Source: Methanotrichaceae archaeon (GTDB lineage Archaea; Halobacteriota; Methanosarcinia; Methanotrichales; Methanotrichaceae). Taken from it: a DNA stretch of 64,000 nt. This document shows, one piece after another, positions 38,897 through 48,479 of the stretch (the first letter of the stretch is position 1; each line of letters opens with the position of its first letter). Where the stretch lies: positions 192,001 through 256,000 of the forward strand of contig CAWDLW010000008.1 of NCBI GenBank assembly GCA_963803145.1, read 5' to 3'. Position numbers and translations under genes: made by a program. The notes beneath the pieces were generated by a model. It worked only from the letters and a program-made list of their open reading frames with translations, was not told the origin of the DNA and searched no databases.

Positions 38897-39787
38897 TTAT
38901 ACCTGTTTTTTGGTTTTGGAGTTCTTCCGGCGCCTGTACAGGTAAAAGCCTCCACCTGCTATTATCAGCACAGCTGTTATGCTGGCGGGCAGCAGGAAGC
39001 CGCTTCGGTTTGAGCTGTTTGTAGGTGGCATATAGCTGGCAACGTATGCCCCTGAATGATGCCAGTTATCTCCGTTCTTGAACTCTGATACGAAGCTCAT
39101 GTTGGTGGGACCCAGGATCTGCTTCGATCCGTTGGAATCTATCCCAAAACTTATAGTGAAGACCTCGTCAGGGTCCATAGTGCCGATGTAATATTGGTCT
39201 GGCGAGAATCTGATGCCTGCAGCGGTTGGAACGATTGTGACTGCATTGAGAGTATTCTCTCTTGGGTTGGCAATATTCAGATCTATGCTCGGCTTGGTTG
39301 GCACATCTGCCCGAGCAATGTTCACAGCCGCGGAATCTACCTGGACAGGAATCTCGCGGTTGATCTGAATCATATCATCACCACCTTGTACATTAAAATC
39401 CAGGAAGTAAGTTCCACTTGGGGTATTCTCATTTGCCTTGATTTTGTAGTAGAGCGTGATCTTATCATCCGGTCCGATCATGCCCAGATCATTATAATCT
39501 GGGCTTACGACCTGAATTTCATTCGTTCCCTTTAGAGTCGTCTGGTTTATGGGCGTGGATAAGATAGTGCCTGTAGCTGAGGTGCCTGCTCCAGCCGATC
39601 CGCCTGCACCATAGGCTGCTGCACCGTTCTGAAGCTCGATTGCCACAACAGCCTCGTCTCCGGGCATGAGCACAGAAGGCGTGATCGTAGGCTGGATGTT
39701 AACAGGCATATGATACTCATAAGCTGCCGCTGATCCAATTATCAGGGCCAGCAGCATTGAAACTGAAATTAAAAAAGCTCGCTTCAT
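38897..39787 (-). CDS. Membrane-anchored Ig-like accessory protein (COG1361-like) of the ABC exporter
   Basis: Signal peptide, beta-rich body, C-terminal TM plus YRRRK. Confidence 0.75.
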   Translation of the reverse strand: MKRAFLISVSMLLALIIGSAAAYEYHMPVNIQPTITPSVLMPGDEAVVAIELQNGAAAYGAGGSAGAGTSATGTILSTPINQTTLKGTNEIQVVSPDYNDLGMIGPDDKITLYYKIKANENTPSGTYFLDFNVQGGDDMIQINREIPVQVDSAAVNIARADVPTKPSIDLNIANPRENTLNAVTIVPTAAGIRFSPDQYYIGTMDPDEVFTISFGIDSNGSKQILGPTNMSFVSEFKNGDNWHHSGAYVASYMPPTNSSNRSGFLLPASITAVLIIAGGGFYLYRRRKNSKTKKQV

Positions 39788-40461
39788 GCTGAATCCTCAA
39801 GTATTCGCCCATCTCTGAGCCTGATGACTCTGTTGCAATCTTTAGTTATCTCAGGATTGTGTGTGACCATGATAATGGTTCTTCCTTCATTATGTAAATT
39901 TTTCATAATTTCCATAATCTCATCACTGCTTCTCAGATCGAGGTTGCCGGTAGGCTCGTCTGCAATAATGATCTTTGGATCGTTTGCGAGTGCCCGAGCA
40001 ATGGCTACCCTCTGACGCTCGCCACCGGATATTTTGAGTGGGCTGAAATCAGACCTGTGCTCAAGCCCTACGGCCTTAAGAAGCTGCAGGGCTCTGATGC
40101 GCCTTTCCTCACGTGGAACCTCGCTCAGCATCATTGGAACCTCGACGTTCTTCAGAACCGATATCCGGCCTATAAGGTTGAAGGTCTGAAATATAAATCC
40201 GAGCTCCTCTCTTCTGGCTCGCGCAAGCTCCTCGTCCGGCAGCTGGCTCACGTCTTTATCAAGAAGCAAATACTTCCCTCGAGTCGGCCTGTCCAGGCAG
40301 CCCACTATATTCATGAGCGTTGATTTGCCGCTGCCCGACGGACCCATGAGCGCTATGAACTCGCCCTGATCTATTCCGAGGTTGATACCCTTCAGAACTG
40401 CTATCTCGCTGTCTCCGATCAGGTAACTCTTCTCTATATCTACTAGATCTACTACCTTCAT
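39784..40461 (-). CDS. LolD/MacB-type ABC ATPase
   Basis: GPSGSGKS, SGGERQRVAIARAL, ADEPTGNLD, VTHN. Confidence 0.95.
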   Translation of the reverse strand: MKVVDLVDIEKSYLIGDSEIAVLKGINLGIDQGEFIALMGPSGSGKSTLMNIVGCLDRPTRGKYLLLDKDVSQLPDEELARARREELGFIFQTFNLIGRISVLKNVEVPMMLSEVPREERRIRALQLLKAVGLEHRSDFSPLKISGGERQRVAIARALANDPKIIIADEPTGNLDLRSSDEIMEIMKNLHNEGRTIIMVTHNPEITKDCNRVIRLRDGRILEDSA

Positions 40462-40514
40462 GCCTTCCTGCCTTCAGATCTTCGTGCCTTCCAAGCTCGA
40501 TTCATTTCCCATGC

Positions 40515-41288
40515 TCACTTTATTTCGCTCGTCTCAAATAGGTACGCACCGAGGCCGAGCATCGCAGCGCAGACAACAACCAGCACTATGAAATCCAGAG
40601 CAATCGGAAAAGTGCCGACTCCGATCAGGCTGTGTCTAAGCCCATCTACTCCGTAGGTAAGGGGATTCAGGTAGGCTAGAGTCTTGATGACTGGTGGGAA
40701 TCTATCAAGAGGGAACAAGGCTCCTGAGAGGAAGAACAACGGGAATATGAGGAAGTTCATTATCAGGCTGAAGCCCGACATATCCTCCATCTTTGAGGCA
40801 AAAGCCAAACCTAATCCAATGAACGCAGTGGCTATGAGAAACATGAATACAAGAGATATTATGACGCCTTGTATGCTCGGTATGATCATGCCCAGCAGTA
40901 TCCCTGAAAATAATATGATGAGCGCTTGTATGATCGCCGTAGTGACACCGCCGACTGTGCGGCCAAGGACAATGGCGATTCTGCTGACAGGGGCGACCAT
41001 AATCTCCTTTAAGAAGCCGAACTGTCTATCCCAGAGGACAGAGAGCCCTGCAAATGTGGAGGAGAAGAGCAGAGTCATGCCAATAATTCCTGGAGTCAGG
41101 AAGCTGACGTAGCCAACTCCCTGAGGGATTCCTGGGAGTGCTGCTGCTGTTGACCCAAATCCAATCCCAAGAAATGCCAGGAAGAAAAATGGGGATGCCA
41201 GTGATCCTACCAGTCTACTCCTGAGCCTGACGAAGCGCAGCATTTCTCTAAGCCAGATGCTGTAAATTGCATTGAGATCCTGCTTCAT
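40515..41288 (-). CDS. ABC-2 type permease (DrrB-like)
   Basis: PGIIGM, DRQFGFLKEIMVAPVSR, FLSGALFP, NPLTYGVDGLR. Confidence 0.94.
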   Translation of the reverse strand: MKQDLNAIYSIWLREMLRFVRLRSRLVGSLASPFFFLAFLGIGFGSTAAALPGIPQGVGYVSFLTPGIIGMTLLFSSTFAGLSVLWDRQFGFLKEIMVAPVSRIAIVLGRTVGGVTTAIIQALIILFSGILLGMIIPSIQGVIISLVFMFLIATAFIGLGLAFASKMEDMSGFSLIMNFLIFPLFFLSGALFPLDRFPPVIKTLAYLNPLTYGVDGLRHSLIGVGTFPIALDFIVLVVVCAAMLGLGAYLFETSEIK

Positions 41289-42307
41289 CCTCTCCTCCTG
41301 GCAATCATCATTGCATGCATCATTCCGCCGGATGCCTCTGCTTCTCTCATCTTTTTGCCTGTAAATTTGAGAAACACGTCCTCTAGAGTGGGCTCATGGA
41401 GGCCGACGGATTTTATAGTTACGTTATTCTTGTATGCCTCTGCCATAACCTCCGGAACTCTAGCCTGGGCATGATCAACCATCAGCTCTATCGTCCCATT
41501 GAAGCTGTTTGTTGACTTAATCCAGTCTAAGGATTTTAATGATTTTATTAGCCTGTCCGCATCGCCTTGAGACTCCAAAGTAATAGTATCTGCTCCAATC
41601 ATGTCCTTGAGATTCTGGGGGTTATCCAAGGCGACGATCTTGCCATTATCTATGATGGCGACACGATCGCAGAGGTAATCCGCCTCTTCCATATAATGCG
41701 TCGTGAGGACGATCGTCACTCCTTCCTTCTCGTTCATATTCCTGACATATTGCCAGATATATCGTCTTGTCTGGGCATCCAGTCCGAGCGTGGGCTCATC
41801 CAGGAATAACACATTGGGATGATGCATAAGCCCACGGGCGATCTCTAGCCTCCGCTGCATACCGCCTGAGTAATCCTCCATTTTTATATCAGCCTTGTCG
41901 GTAAGGTCAACGAGGCTAAGAACCTCTTCGATCCTCTTCTTTCGCAGAGATCCATCCATGCCATACATCCTTCCGTGGAAATCCAAATTCTCTCTGCCTG
42001 TAAGCATAGTATCTATGCTAATATCCTGGAACACTACGCCTATGGATGATCTCACTGCATTTCTTTCCTTAGCTACATTATGGCCCCAGACCCATGCCTC
42101 GCCTTCGGTCGGTTTAAGCATGGTTGTGAGCATTTTGATGAGGGTGCTCTTGCCCGCCCCGTTAGGCCCAAGAAGTCCGAAAAGCTCTCCTTTCTTGATT
42201 TCTAGATCAACAGAGTTGACTGCCACTAGGCCATCGAATCTCTTAATCAGGCCTCGCAAGAGGATTGCAGCATCTTTGGTTGTTGTAGTTTGAAGTTCAT
42301 TCATCAA
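41285..42307 (-). CDS. DrrA-family ABC ATPase
   Basis: GPNGAGKS, YSGGM, LDEPT, TTHYMEEAD, PTLEDVF. Confidence 0.95.
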   Translation of the reverse strand: MMNELQTTTTKDAAILLRGLIKRFDGLVAVNSVDLEIKKGELFGLLGPNGAGKSTLIKMLTTMLKPTEGEAWVWGHNVAKERNAVRSSIGVVFQDISIDTMLTGRENLDFHGRMYGMDGSLRKKRIEEVLSLVDLTDKADIKMEDYSGGMQRRLEIARGLMHHPNVLFLDEPTLGLDAQTRRYIWQYVRNMNEKEGVTIVLTTHYMEEADYLCDRVAIIDNGKIVALDNPQNLKDMIGADTITLESQGDADRLIKSLKSLDWIKSTNSFNGTIELMVDHAQARVPEVMAEAYKNNVTIKSVGLHEPTLEDVFLKFTGKKMREAEASGGMMHAMMIARRRG

Positions 42308-42341
42308 TACTTCTCCTTTGAAAAGGCAACCATCTTCTTTA

Positions 42342-42375
42342 CCAAGTTGATTTATTCTCCAAGTTGATTTATTCT
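42342..42375. repeat. 17-bp tandem duplication CCAAGTTGATTTATTCT x2
   Basis: Exact copies at 42342-42358 and 42359-42375 between tetR and the ABC ATPase gene. Confidence 0.8.
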
Positions 42376-42413
42376 AAGTCGGTTTTAATTCAGCCATCAT
42401 TTACTAAACATCC

Positions 42414-43070
42414 CTAAATCTGTAGGGAGAATTTGTAGTCGTGTACTCCAAGGGCCCTGCCCACGAGGTCTTCGAGGGCAGTTCGTATGTTCTCACGATT
42501 TACTTTATCGCCCTTCTCAGTTTCTTTTAGATCATTAGTGGTTTCAGATAAGGTAAATATATGGAGTGCAGACGCAAGCAATATTACCAGAAGATATGAT
42601 GTTTCCAGCGGGCAGCTCACATCGAAGCGACCTTTCTCAGCCCCTTTTGAGATCACTTCCGCCATTAGCGGGGCAATCCTTGAAAAGGACTTTATCTTCA
42701 TCAGCTTCTTATTTAGTGTGGCATTATTCTCCTGGTGAATGTAGTTGAGGATCTTCTTCCCTGAGGCGGTAAGGCTGATGAAATGATTTATCATTTCGTT
42801 GAGTTTAGCAGCTTCGTCAAGGTCGTCCCTGCCGGCGATCTTTCTTAGGGCCGCCTCCATACTCGCAATATTCCTTTCTAGTATGGCAACAAGAACATCC
42901 TCTTTTGAATCGAAGTAGTAGTAATAAGCCCCCTGAGATACATTGATCTCTCTCACTATATCGCTTATAGCGGTCTGGTCATATCCTGCGGTGACAAACA
43001 GGCGCTCAGCGGTGTCTATCAGCTCTTTTCTTCTCTCTTCTGGATCTTTTACTACTCTCTTCATCATCAC
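42414..43070 (-). CDS. TetR/AcrR-family regulator
   Basis: RRKELIDTAERLF...GY..T.ISDI.....VSQGAYYYYFDSKED. Confidence 0.94.
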   Translation of the reverse strand: MMMKRVVKDPEERRKELIDTAERLFVTAGYDQTAISDIVREINVSQGAYYYYFDSKEDVLVAILERNIASMEAALRKIAGRDDLDEAAKLNEMINHFISLTASGKKILNYIHQENNATLNKKLMKIKSFSRIAPLMAEVISKGAEKGRFDVSCPLETSYLLVILLASALHIFTLSETTNDLKETEKGDKVNRENIRTALEDLVGRALGVHDYKFSLQI

Positions 43071-43074
43071 ATCA

Positions 43075-43095
43075 ACTGACTAACTATAAGTCAGT
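43075..43095. promoter_or_regulatory. Putative TetR operator ACTGACT-N7-AGTCAGT
   Basis: Perfect 7-bp inverted repeat between a TTTATAAT element (~43102-43109, minus strand) and the tetR start. Confidence 0.75.
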
Positions 43096-43476
43096 CATGT
43101 TATTATAAATACGCTTTGGCTGGTTAAGTGATATAGTGCCTGAAAAGAGGATGGCCCATATGGTAACCTATCATAGGCTTCTGCCCTCTTGGTACTTCGC
43201 GAAAGCCCCTGAATCTACAGATATCCCAAGCTTCTTCGAAACCGGGGTTCAACAAGGATAGCTAAGGCTGGAAATGGTTGCATGGATAGATCTTATTTAT
43301 GGCTCGACCAAGAGATCAGATTTATAAGCATAAAGTGCAATCATGGGGCAACGACATGATGGAGCAGATGCCGATAAACGGTCAGATAAAAAAAATGGAA
43401 AGTATACGCAAAGTATATATAGAGATATAAAGATGATAGTTCGTAAATATATTAGGACAGTCATAAGTTGGAGGAG

Positions 43477-46400
43477 ATGATGTATCCTATCAGGATTACT
43501 GGGGTTTGCCTGCTTTTTTTGATAATAGCGGCAGCTATACCAATGGGGGGACTGGCTTCTAACGGCATAGCCGGTCCAGGTCTTAATTCAGAATACAGCA
43601 AAATACCAATTAAGGACTCATCGGCAGTGAGCGAGGTTCCGTCCGCTCTTGTGAGCCCAATACCTCTGCAGCTATATGCGGCTTCGGAGAATAATACTAC
43701 AAATACTTCTGCCAATCGGACAGAACTCAGTAATATAACAGCGGCCAGTACTCCGGCTATACCAGTGAGCAATGCAACGGAGCAGTCCACTCCGGCCCCA
43801 ACTGAATCCAACGTAACTTCAGCTCAGGTCAACATTACTCCGGATATGATACCTACTGCCAACGGAACATCTGCAAACGTGACACCCCCAGAAAATGTCA
43901 CAAGCAGCGTGGTGGCCAATGAGACTTCAAGCATGCCTGTGAATGCGACTGTCACAAATGCAACTGCTATAAACGCAACTGCTATAAACACCGCTAATAA
44001 TAGCACGGCCAATAGTTCGGTTAATATCACTGAAGCCAATAATACCATTGCTAATAATACCATTGCTAATAATACCATTGCTAATATTACTTCAGCACAA
44101 AATGCAACGAACGCAACTCTTCCGGGGAATGCTACAACATCCAGCAATGTTACAACTCCTGAGGTAGTACCCTCGACAAGTGGAGGAGCGTCTGAGATTG
44201 CTGCGCCTGCAGAGGCGACAGCAGTGTCTGGAAATGATCGCATCTGGAGGCAAGGGATAGACCCGCTCGATTATACATGGACTCCCCAGAGCTTCTCGGG
44301 ATTCTTCTATGATCTGAAGGATGAGGTTGGAGCAGAGACTCTGACAGTGCACCTCGGTGGAACTGCTAGCAATCCAAATAGAGCAGTTGATCAAAACAAC
44401 CTTGTATACAAGTCAAATGTGCAGTCTATAAAATATAAGTTCGAGAGTTGGGGAAGCTATAATGTCATGGGCTTCATGGCTGACAAGTACTTTGCAGGTT
44501 ACGGCAAAACAGAGGTAGTAGATAGCAATATCAGCCTTATAAATGATGGCCAGCTCAGGCAGGTCCTAATAGATAACGATGATGAGCACACAATAACATC
44601 CGGCTCAGTCCTGCCGCTTGAAGAGGGCTATGAGCTGCGCGTTAAAGAGGTCGATGTCAATGGAAACAAGGCCTATATGTCGCTTGCCAAGGATGGCAAG
44701 GAGATCGATAGCAAGGTGATAAGTCCTGATAGCCTCACATCATCAACCTATGAGTATAAAATATCGATAAGCGGGGAGGATGTGCCCATAATCATGGCGC
44801 ATATTGCCAATGTATTCGCCAGCGCAGAGTCCAACCTTGTAACTGTCGATGGGCTGTTCCAATTATCCGGAGATTACACTTCAATCGATAGCGGCGACAA
44901 ATACGGAAAGATGAAGGTTACCAGTTATGATGACAGCGGTATAACAATGAAGAACGAGGATACGCTCACACTAAGAAAGGCCGGGACTGTAAACATATTC
45001 GGAGATGTAGCTTTCCTCGTAGCTGATGCCGATGCGCTGAGATTTGCTCCAATAGTCCAGAGGACAGGAACCTATACAGTCAGAGGAACTATAATTAAGC
45101 CATCTGACTATAACGGCAAGCAGTTTACCTGGACCCCTTACAACTTTGAGGGATTCTACTATGATATCGATAACGATATAGGAACAGAGAACCTCACGGC
45201 CAAATTTACCAGCAACTCGATACAGGAGGGCGATCTGTTCTATGAGACCAAGCCAATGTCTATCAAGTTCAAGTTCGAGGACTGGGGAAAATACGATGTC
45301 ATAGGCTTCATGGCCGATAAGTACTTCGCAGGTTATAACAATGGTACTGTATTCACAGATCCCTTCAGCGTCATAAATGAGGGACAGCTCAGAAAGGTGC
45401 TGATTGACAGCGATGATCAACAGACGATAGCTACGGGATCGGTTCTGGCTCTGCAAGAAGGCTATGAGCTGCGCATCAAGCAGGTCGATATAAACGGCAA
45501 CAAAGTCTATCTGTCCCTTGCTAAGGACGGCAAGGAGGTCGACAGCAAAGTGGTTACTCCGTCATCCTCGATAACTGATAAGGCAGCGGACTATATGTAT
45601 AAGGTAACTGTCGGGTCCCAGAAGGATATCCCCATAATAGTTGCCCACGTTCAGAGCGTCTTCAGGGGCACAGAGACGGATCTTGCAACCATTGATGCCC
45701 TCTTCCAGGTTTCTGATAACCCTGAATCTGTAGAGGAGGGTCAGGTTTACGATAAGATGAAGATCACATCGCTATCCTCCGATAGCATAACGATGACGAA
45801 CCGTGATAATGCAATCAGCCTTGGGCAGAATAGGATTATCACAGTCATGGGCAATCTCCAGTTCCAGGTAGCAGATAATCCGAATAGGGATTTGGCGCCA
45901 ATAGCTCAGGAGACCACAGCAGGAAGCCTGATGACCCTCAGTGTTCCAGCAGCTATAGTAAGTACTCCAGTTCAAATCAGCGTCAAAGCAGGAACAGAGG
46001 CACTGAGCGGCGTCCAGGTCTTAGTATCAGGAGAGAATGTAGGCAACACAGATGTGACAGGGAATATAAGCTATACTCCAAACAGCACAGGCACCTTTGA
46101 TGTAGTTGCAAGGAAGATCGGATACAGCGATGCTACTGGATCACTCGTGGTCACCACATCTGCTGGAGCCGTTGCTTCTGCAGCTAAAGCGGCATTAAAC
46201 AATACCCTCACCATCAATGTGCCATCAGAAGTGATCAAAGGAGAGAGCTTCATAATAACGGTGGTAGGCGGTGCCAATCAGACGCCTGTGGCAAACGTCA
46301 GCATATTGTTCGATAATACCAGCTTAGGCATTACAAGCCCGGACGGAACGATCACCTACATAGCGAATGTGATAGGAGATCATACAGTGACGGCACAATT

Positions 46401-46830
46401 GACAGGCTACCAGAGTGTTACAAGGACTGTCTCAGTGATATCGCCTATAAAAGTAGTCGGTATCAGTGTGCCGCTAAAGGCGAATACAGGCCAAGCCGTC
46501 AAGGTTACAGCGAACGTTCAGAACACAGGAACTGCAAACGATACAGAAAAGCTGGATCTGATTGTAAACGGCAATGTTACCGATAGCAGGAACGTCACAC
46601 TCGGGCCTGGACAAAATACGACAGCAACCTTTAGCTACACTCCAAAGGACCCAGGAGTTTATAGGATCAATGTGGATGACCAAAGCGGAACTCTAACTGC
46701 GGAGAAGGCACAGACCAACTTTGCGCTGATAGCCTTGATCCTGGTTATCCTCATTGCGATAGGAGCAGGAGCCTACCTATATAAGACAGGAGAGCTTGAG
46801 AAGCTAAGACAACGCCTGCAAAACCGCTAA
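43477..46830 (+). CDS. S-layer-family protein: signal peptide, Asn/Thr-rich stalk, tandem DUF1608 repeats, Ig/CARDB-like domains, C-terminal TM
   Basis: Two repeats of WTP..F.GF.YD...G.E.L / Y.V.GFMADKYFAGY / L.L.EGYEL.IK.VD.NGNK; GAGGAG RBS. Confidence 0.92.
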   Translation: MMYPIRITGVCLLFLIIAAAIPMGGLASNGIAGPGLNSEYSKIPIKDSSAVSEVPSALVSPIPLQLYAASENNTTNTSANRTELSNITAASTPAIPVSNATEQSTPAPTESNVTSAQVNITPDMIPTANGTSANVTPPENVTSSVVANETSSMPVNATVTNATAINATAINTANNSTANSSVNITEANNTIANNTIANNTIANITSAQNATNATLPGNATTSSNVTTPEVVPSTSGGASEIAAPAEATAVSGNDRIWRQGIDPLDYTWTPQSFSGFFYDLKDEVGAETLTVHLGGTASNPNRAVDQNNLVYKSNVQSIKYKFESWGSYNVMGFMADKYFAGYGKTEVVDSNISLINDGQLRQVLIDNDDEHTITSGSVLPLEEGYELRVKEVDVNGNKAYMSLAKDGKEIDSKVISPDSLTSSTYEYKISISGEDVPIIMAHIANVFASAESNLVTVDGLFQLSGDYTSIDSGDKYGKMKVTSYDDSGITMKNEDTLTLRKAGTVNIFGDVAFLVADADALRFAPIVQRTGTYTVRGTIIKPSDYNGKQFTWTPYNFEGFYYDIDNDIGTENLTAKFTSNSIQEGDLFYETKPMSIKFKFEDWGKYDVIGFMADKYFAGYNNGTVFTDPFSVINEGQLRKVLIDSDDQQTIATGSVLALQEGYELRIKQVDINGNKVYLSLAKDGKEVDSKVVTPSSSITDKAADYMYKVTVGSQKDIPIIVAHVQSVFRGTETDLATIDALFQVSDNPESVEEGQVYDKMKITSLSSDSITMTNRDNAISLGQNRIITVMGNLQFQVADNPNRDLAPIAQETTAGSLMTLSVPAAIVSTPVQISVKAGTEALSGVQVLVSGENVGNTDVTGNISYTPNSTGTFDVVARKIGYSDATGSLVVTTSAGAVASAAKAALNNTLTINVPSEVIKGESFIITVVGGANQTPVANVSILFDNTSLGITSPDGTITYIANVIGDHTVTAQLTGYQSVTRTVSVISPIKVVGISVPLKANTGQAVKVTANVQNTGTANDTEKLDLIVNGNVTDSRNVTLGPGQNTTATFSYTPKDPGVYRINVDDQSGTLTAEKAQTNFALIALILVILIAIGAGAYLYKTGELEKLRQRLQNR
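44038..44082 (+). repeat. 15-bp tandem repeat AATAATACCATTGCT x3 (NNTIA)
   Basis: Three exact in-frame copies in the S-layer stalk. Confidence 0.9.
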
Positions 46831-46862
46831 AAATTATCCTATGCCGATAATTTTTAGTAGTG

Positions 46863-46892
46863 GGGACCCAAAGGGTCCCTAATATTTTATTT
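46863..46892 (+). terminator. Hairpin plus T-rich tract after the S-layer gene
   Basis: GGGACCC-AAA-GGGTCCC then AATATTTTATTT. Confidence 0.6.
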
Positions 46893-47064
46893 AATCCTTT
46901 CGAACAATCTTCTCTAGAACGTCGTTCTCTTAAATATATGATATATACATATAAATTTTTTAATTAAAATTACGGACTGCTAGTGCTTCTTATGTAGCCA
47001 AATGCTAAACATAGATGGCAAATGCATCGGACATAAGTAATCTAATAATCGCAAAAACAGTTTT

Positions 47065-47084
47065 GGGCAGGCTGCAGCCTGCCC
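47065..47084 (-). terminator. 20-bp perfect palindrome after the HDAC gene
   Basis: GGGCAGGCTGCAGCCTGCCC, 12 bp past the stop, followed by TGTTTTT on the minus strand. Confidence 0.55.
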
Positions 47085-47096
47085 TATTTTCCCGTA

Positions 47097-48479
47097 TCAA
47101 TAGCTCTTCTGGTTCCTGGTCCTTACATTATATGCAAGATATTTTTCTCTATCTTTATCCTGCAAGTAGACAAAACTGTATCTGCTATCTTCGATATGCT
47201 CCTTGTACTCCTCCATAGCATCCGTCTTGCAATTAGAGCATGCATGGCGAGGGATTGATACACAATAGGCTGTATTCAGGATGCCATAACCTCGCTGAGC
47301 CTGAGATGATATGGTCATGTAGCCGGAGCAATCAGGACAAAGCCGAACAGACTCCTCTTGGCTCTCGTTGATCATATCTGTATCGTAGAAGATCCGCTTG
47401 CGCCTGCGATAGAAGTCGCCTAGCTCAGCGAGAGCATTCTCTACCAGCGAGTCCCGCTCGTCCCAGATCTTTTGGACTTGAGCAACAGTGGATTCAATCG
47501 ATCTTTCCATCTCTGGAGATTGAACGAACTGTCCTGGAACATAATCCGGCTCTTTGACATGGGAGTAATCGAGACCAGCCATTGCCTGAATGATTCCTGT
47601 ATTGACGTAGGGCAGCGCAGTCTCTATGGCATATCCTCCCTCAAGCACACAGATATCTGGAGCAAGCTTCTCGTTCAGCCGGGCATATCCTTGTGCAGAG
47701 AATCGCATGTTAGCCAACGGATCCGTATAATGGTTATCCTGGCCCGCAGAGTTAAGCACAAGATCAGGCTTGAACTCCTCCAGAACAGGCATGATAAGGT
47801 TGTCCAGAACATAATGGATGCCGTCGTCTGTTGTCCCCGGCGGCAGGGGAATATTCAGAGTTCTTCCTAGTGCCTGAGGTCCGCCCATCTCATTGACGAA
47901 GCCTGAGCCGGGGTAGAGCGTCCTGCCGTCCTGGTGGAATGAGATACACAGCACATCGGGATCATGCCAGAAGATATCCTGAGTCCCATCTCCATGATGG
48001 ACATCTGTATCAACAACTGCTATTCTTTTGTGGCCATACTTTGACCGCAGGTACTCGACCAGGATGGCCATATTGTTGATGTTGCAGAAGCCACGGTTGC
48101 CGTGGACAACGTAACAAGAGTGATGACCTGGAGGCCTAACCAGTGCAAAGCCATTCCGAATATCGCCTTTCTCCATTGCATCGGCCAAAGTTAATGTGCT
48201 TCCGCTCGCGATTAAATGAGCCTCAGTAATCTGTGCTTCAACATCTGGAACACAGAAATGGGCTCGAGCTATGTCCTTCAGCTCTGCAAGCCTCGGCTTA
48301 TATTCCTCAATCTGCGGAAGGTCCATAAGCCCTTCCTCGAAGATCTGATCCCTAGTGTAAAGCAGGCGCTCCTCTCGTTCTGGATGTGTTGGCGATATGG
48401 CCCAATCGAAGGCAGGGAAGAATATCAGGCCGGTCTTTTCGGATTTGCTCTTAGAGGCAGCCATTTTCATCGCCTCCAT
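47097..48479 (-). CDS. Histone-deacetylase-family Zn amidohydrolase with C-terminal Zn ribbon
   Basis: HPE, RPPGHH, GFC, DTDVHHGDG, YPG, GQD, EGGY; CPDC...CSNC. Confidence 0.93.
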   Translation of the reverse strand: MEAMKMAASKSKSEKTGLIFFPAFDWAISPTHPEREERLLYTRDQIFEEGLMDLPQIEEYKPRLAELKDIARAHFCVPDVEAQITEAHLIASGSTLTLADAMEKGDIRNGFALVRPPGHHSCYVVHGNRGFCNINNMAILVEYLRSKYGHKRIAVVDTDVHHGDGTQDIFWHDPDVLCISFHQDGRTLYPGSGFVNEMGGPQALGRTLNIPLPPGTTDDGIHYVLDNLIMPVLEEFKPDLVLNSAGQDNHYTDPLANMRFSAQGYARLNEKLAPDICVLEGGYAIETALPYVNTGIIQAMAGLDYSHVKEPDYVPGQFVQSPEMERSIESTVAQVQKIWDERDSLVENALAELGDFYRRRKRIFYDTDMINESQEESVRLCPDCSGYMTISSQAQRGYGILNTAYCVSIPRHACSNCKTDAMEEYKEHIEDSRYSFVYLQDKDREKYLAYNVRTRNQKSY

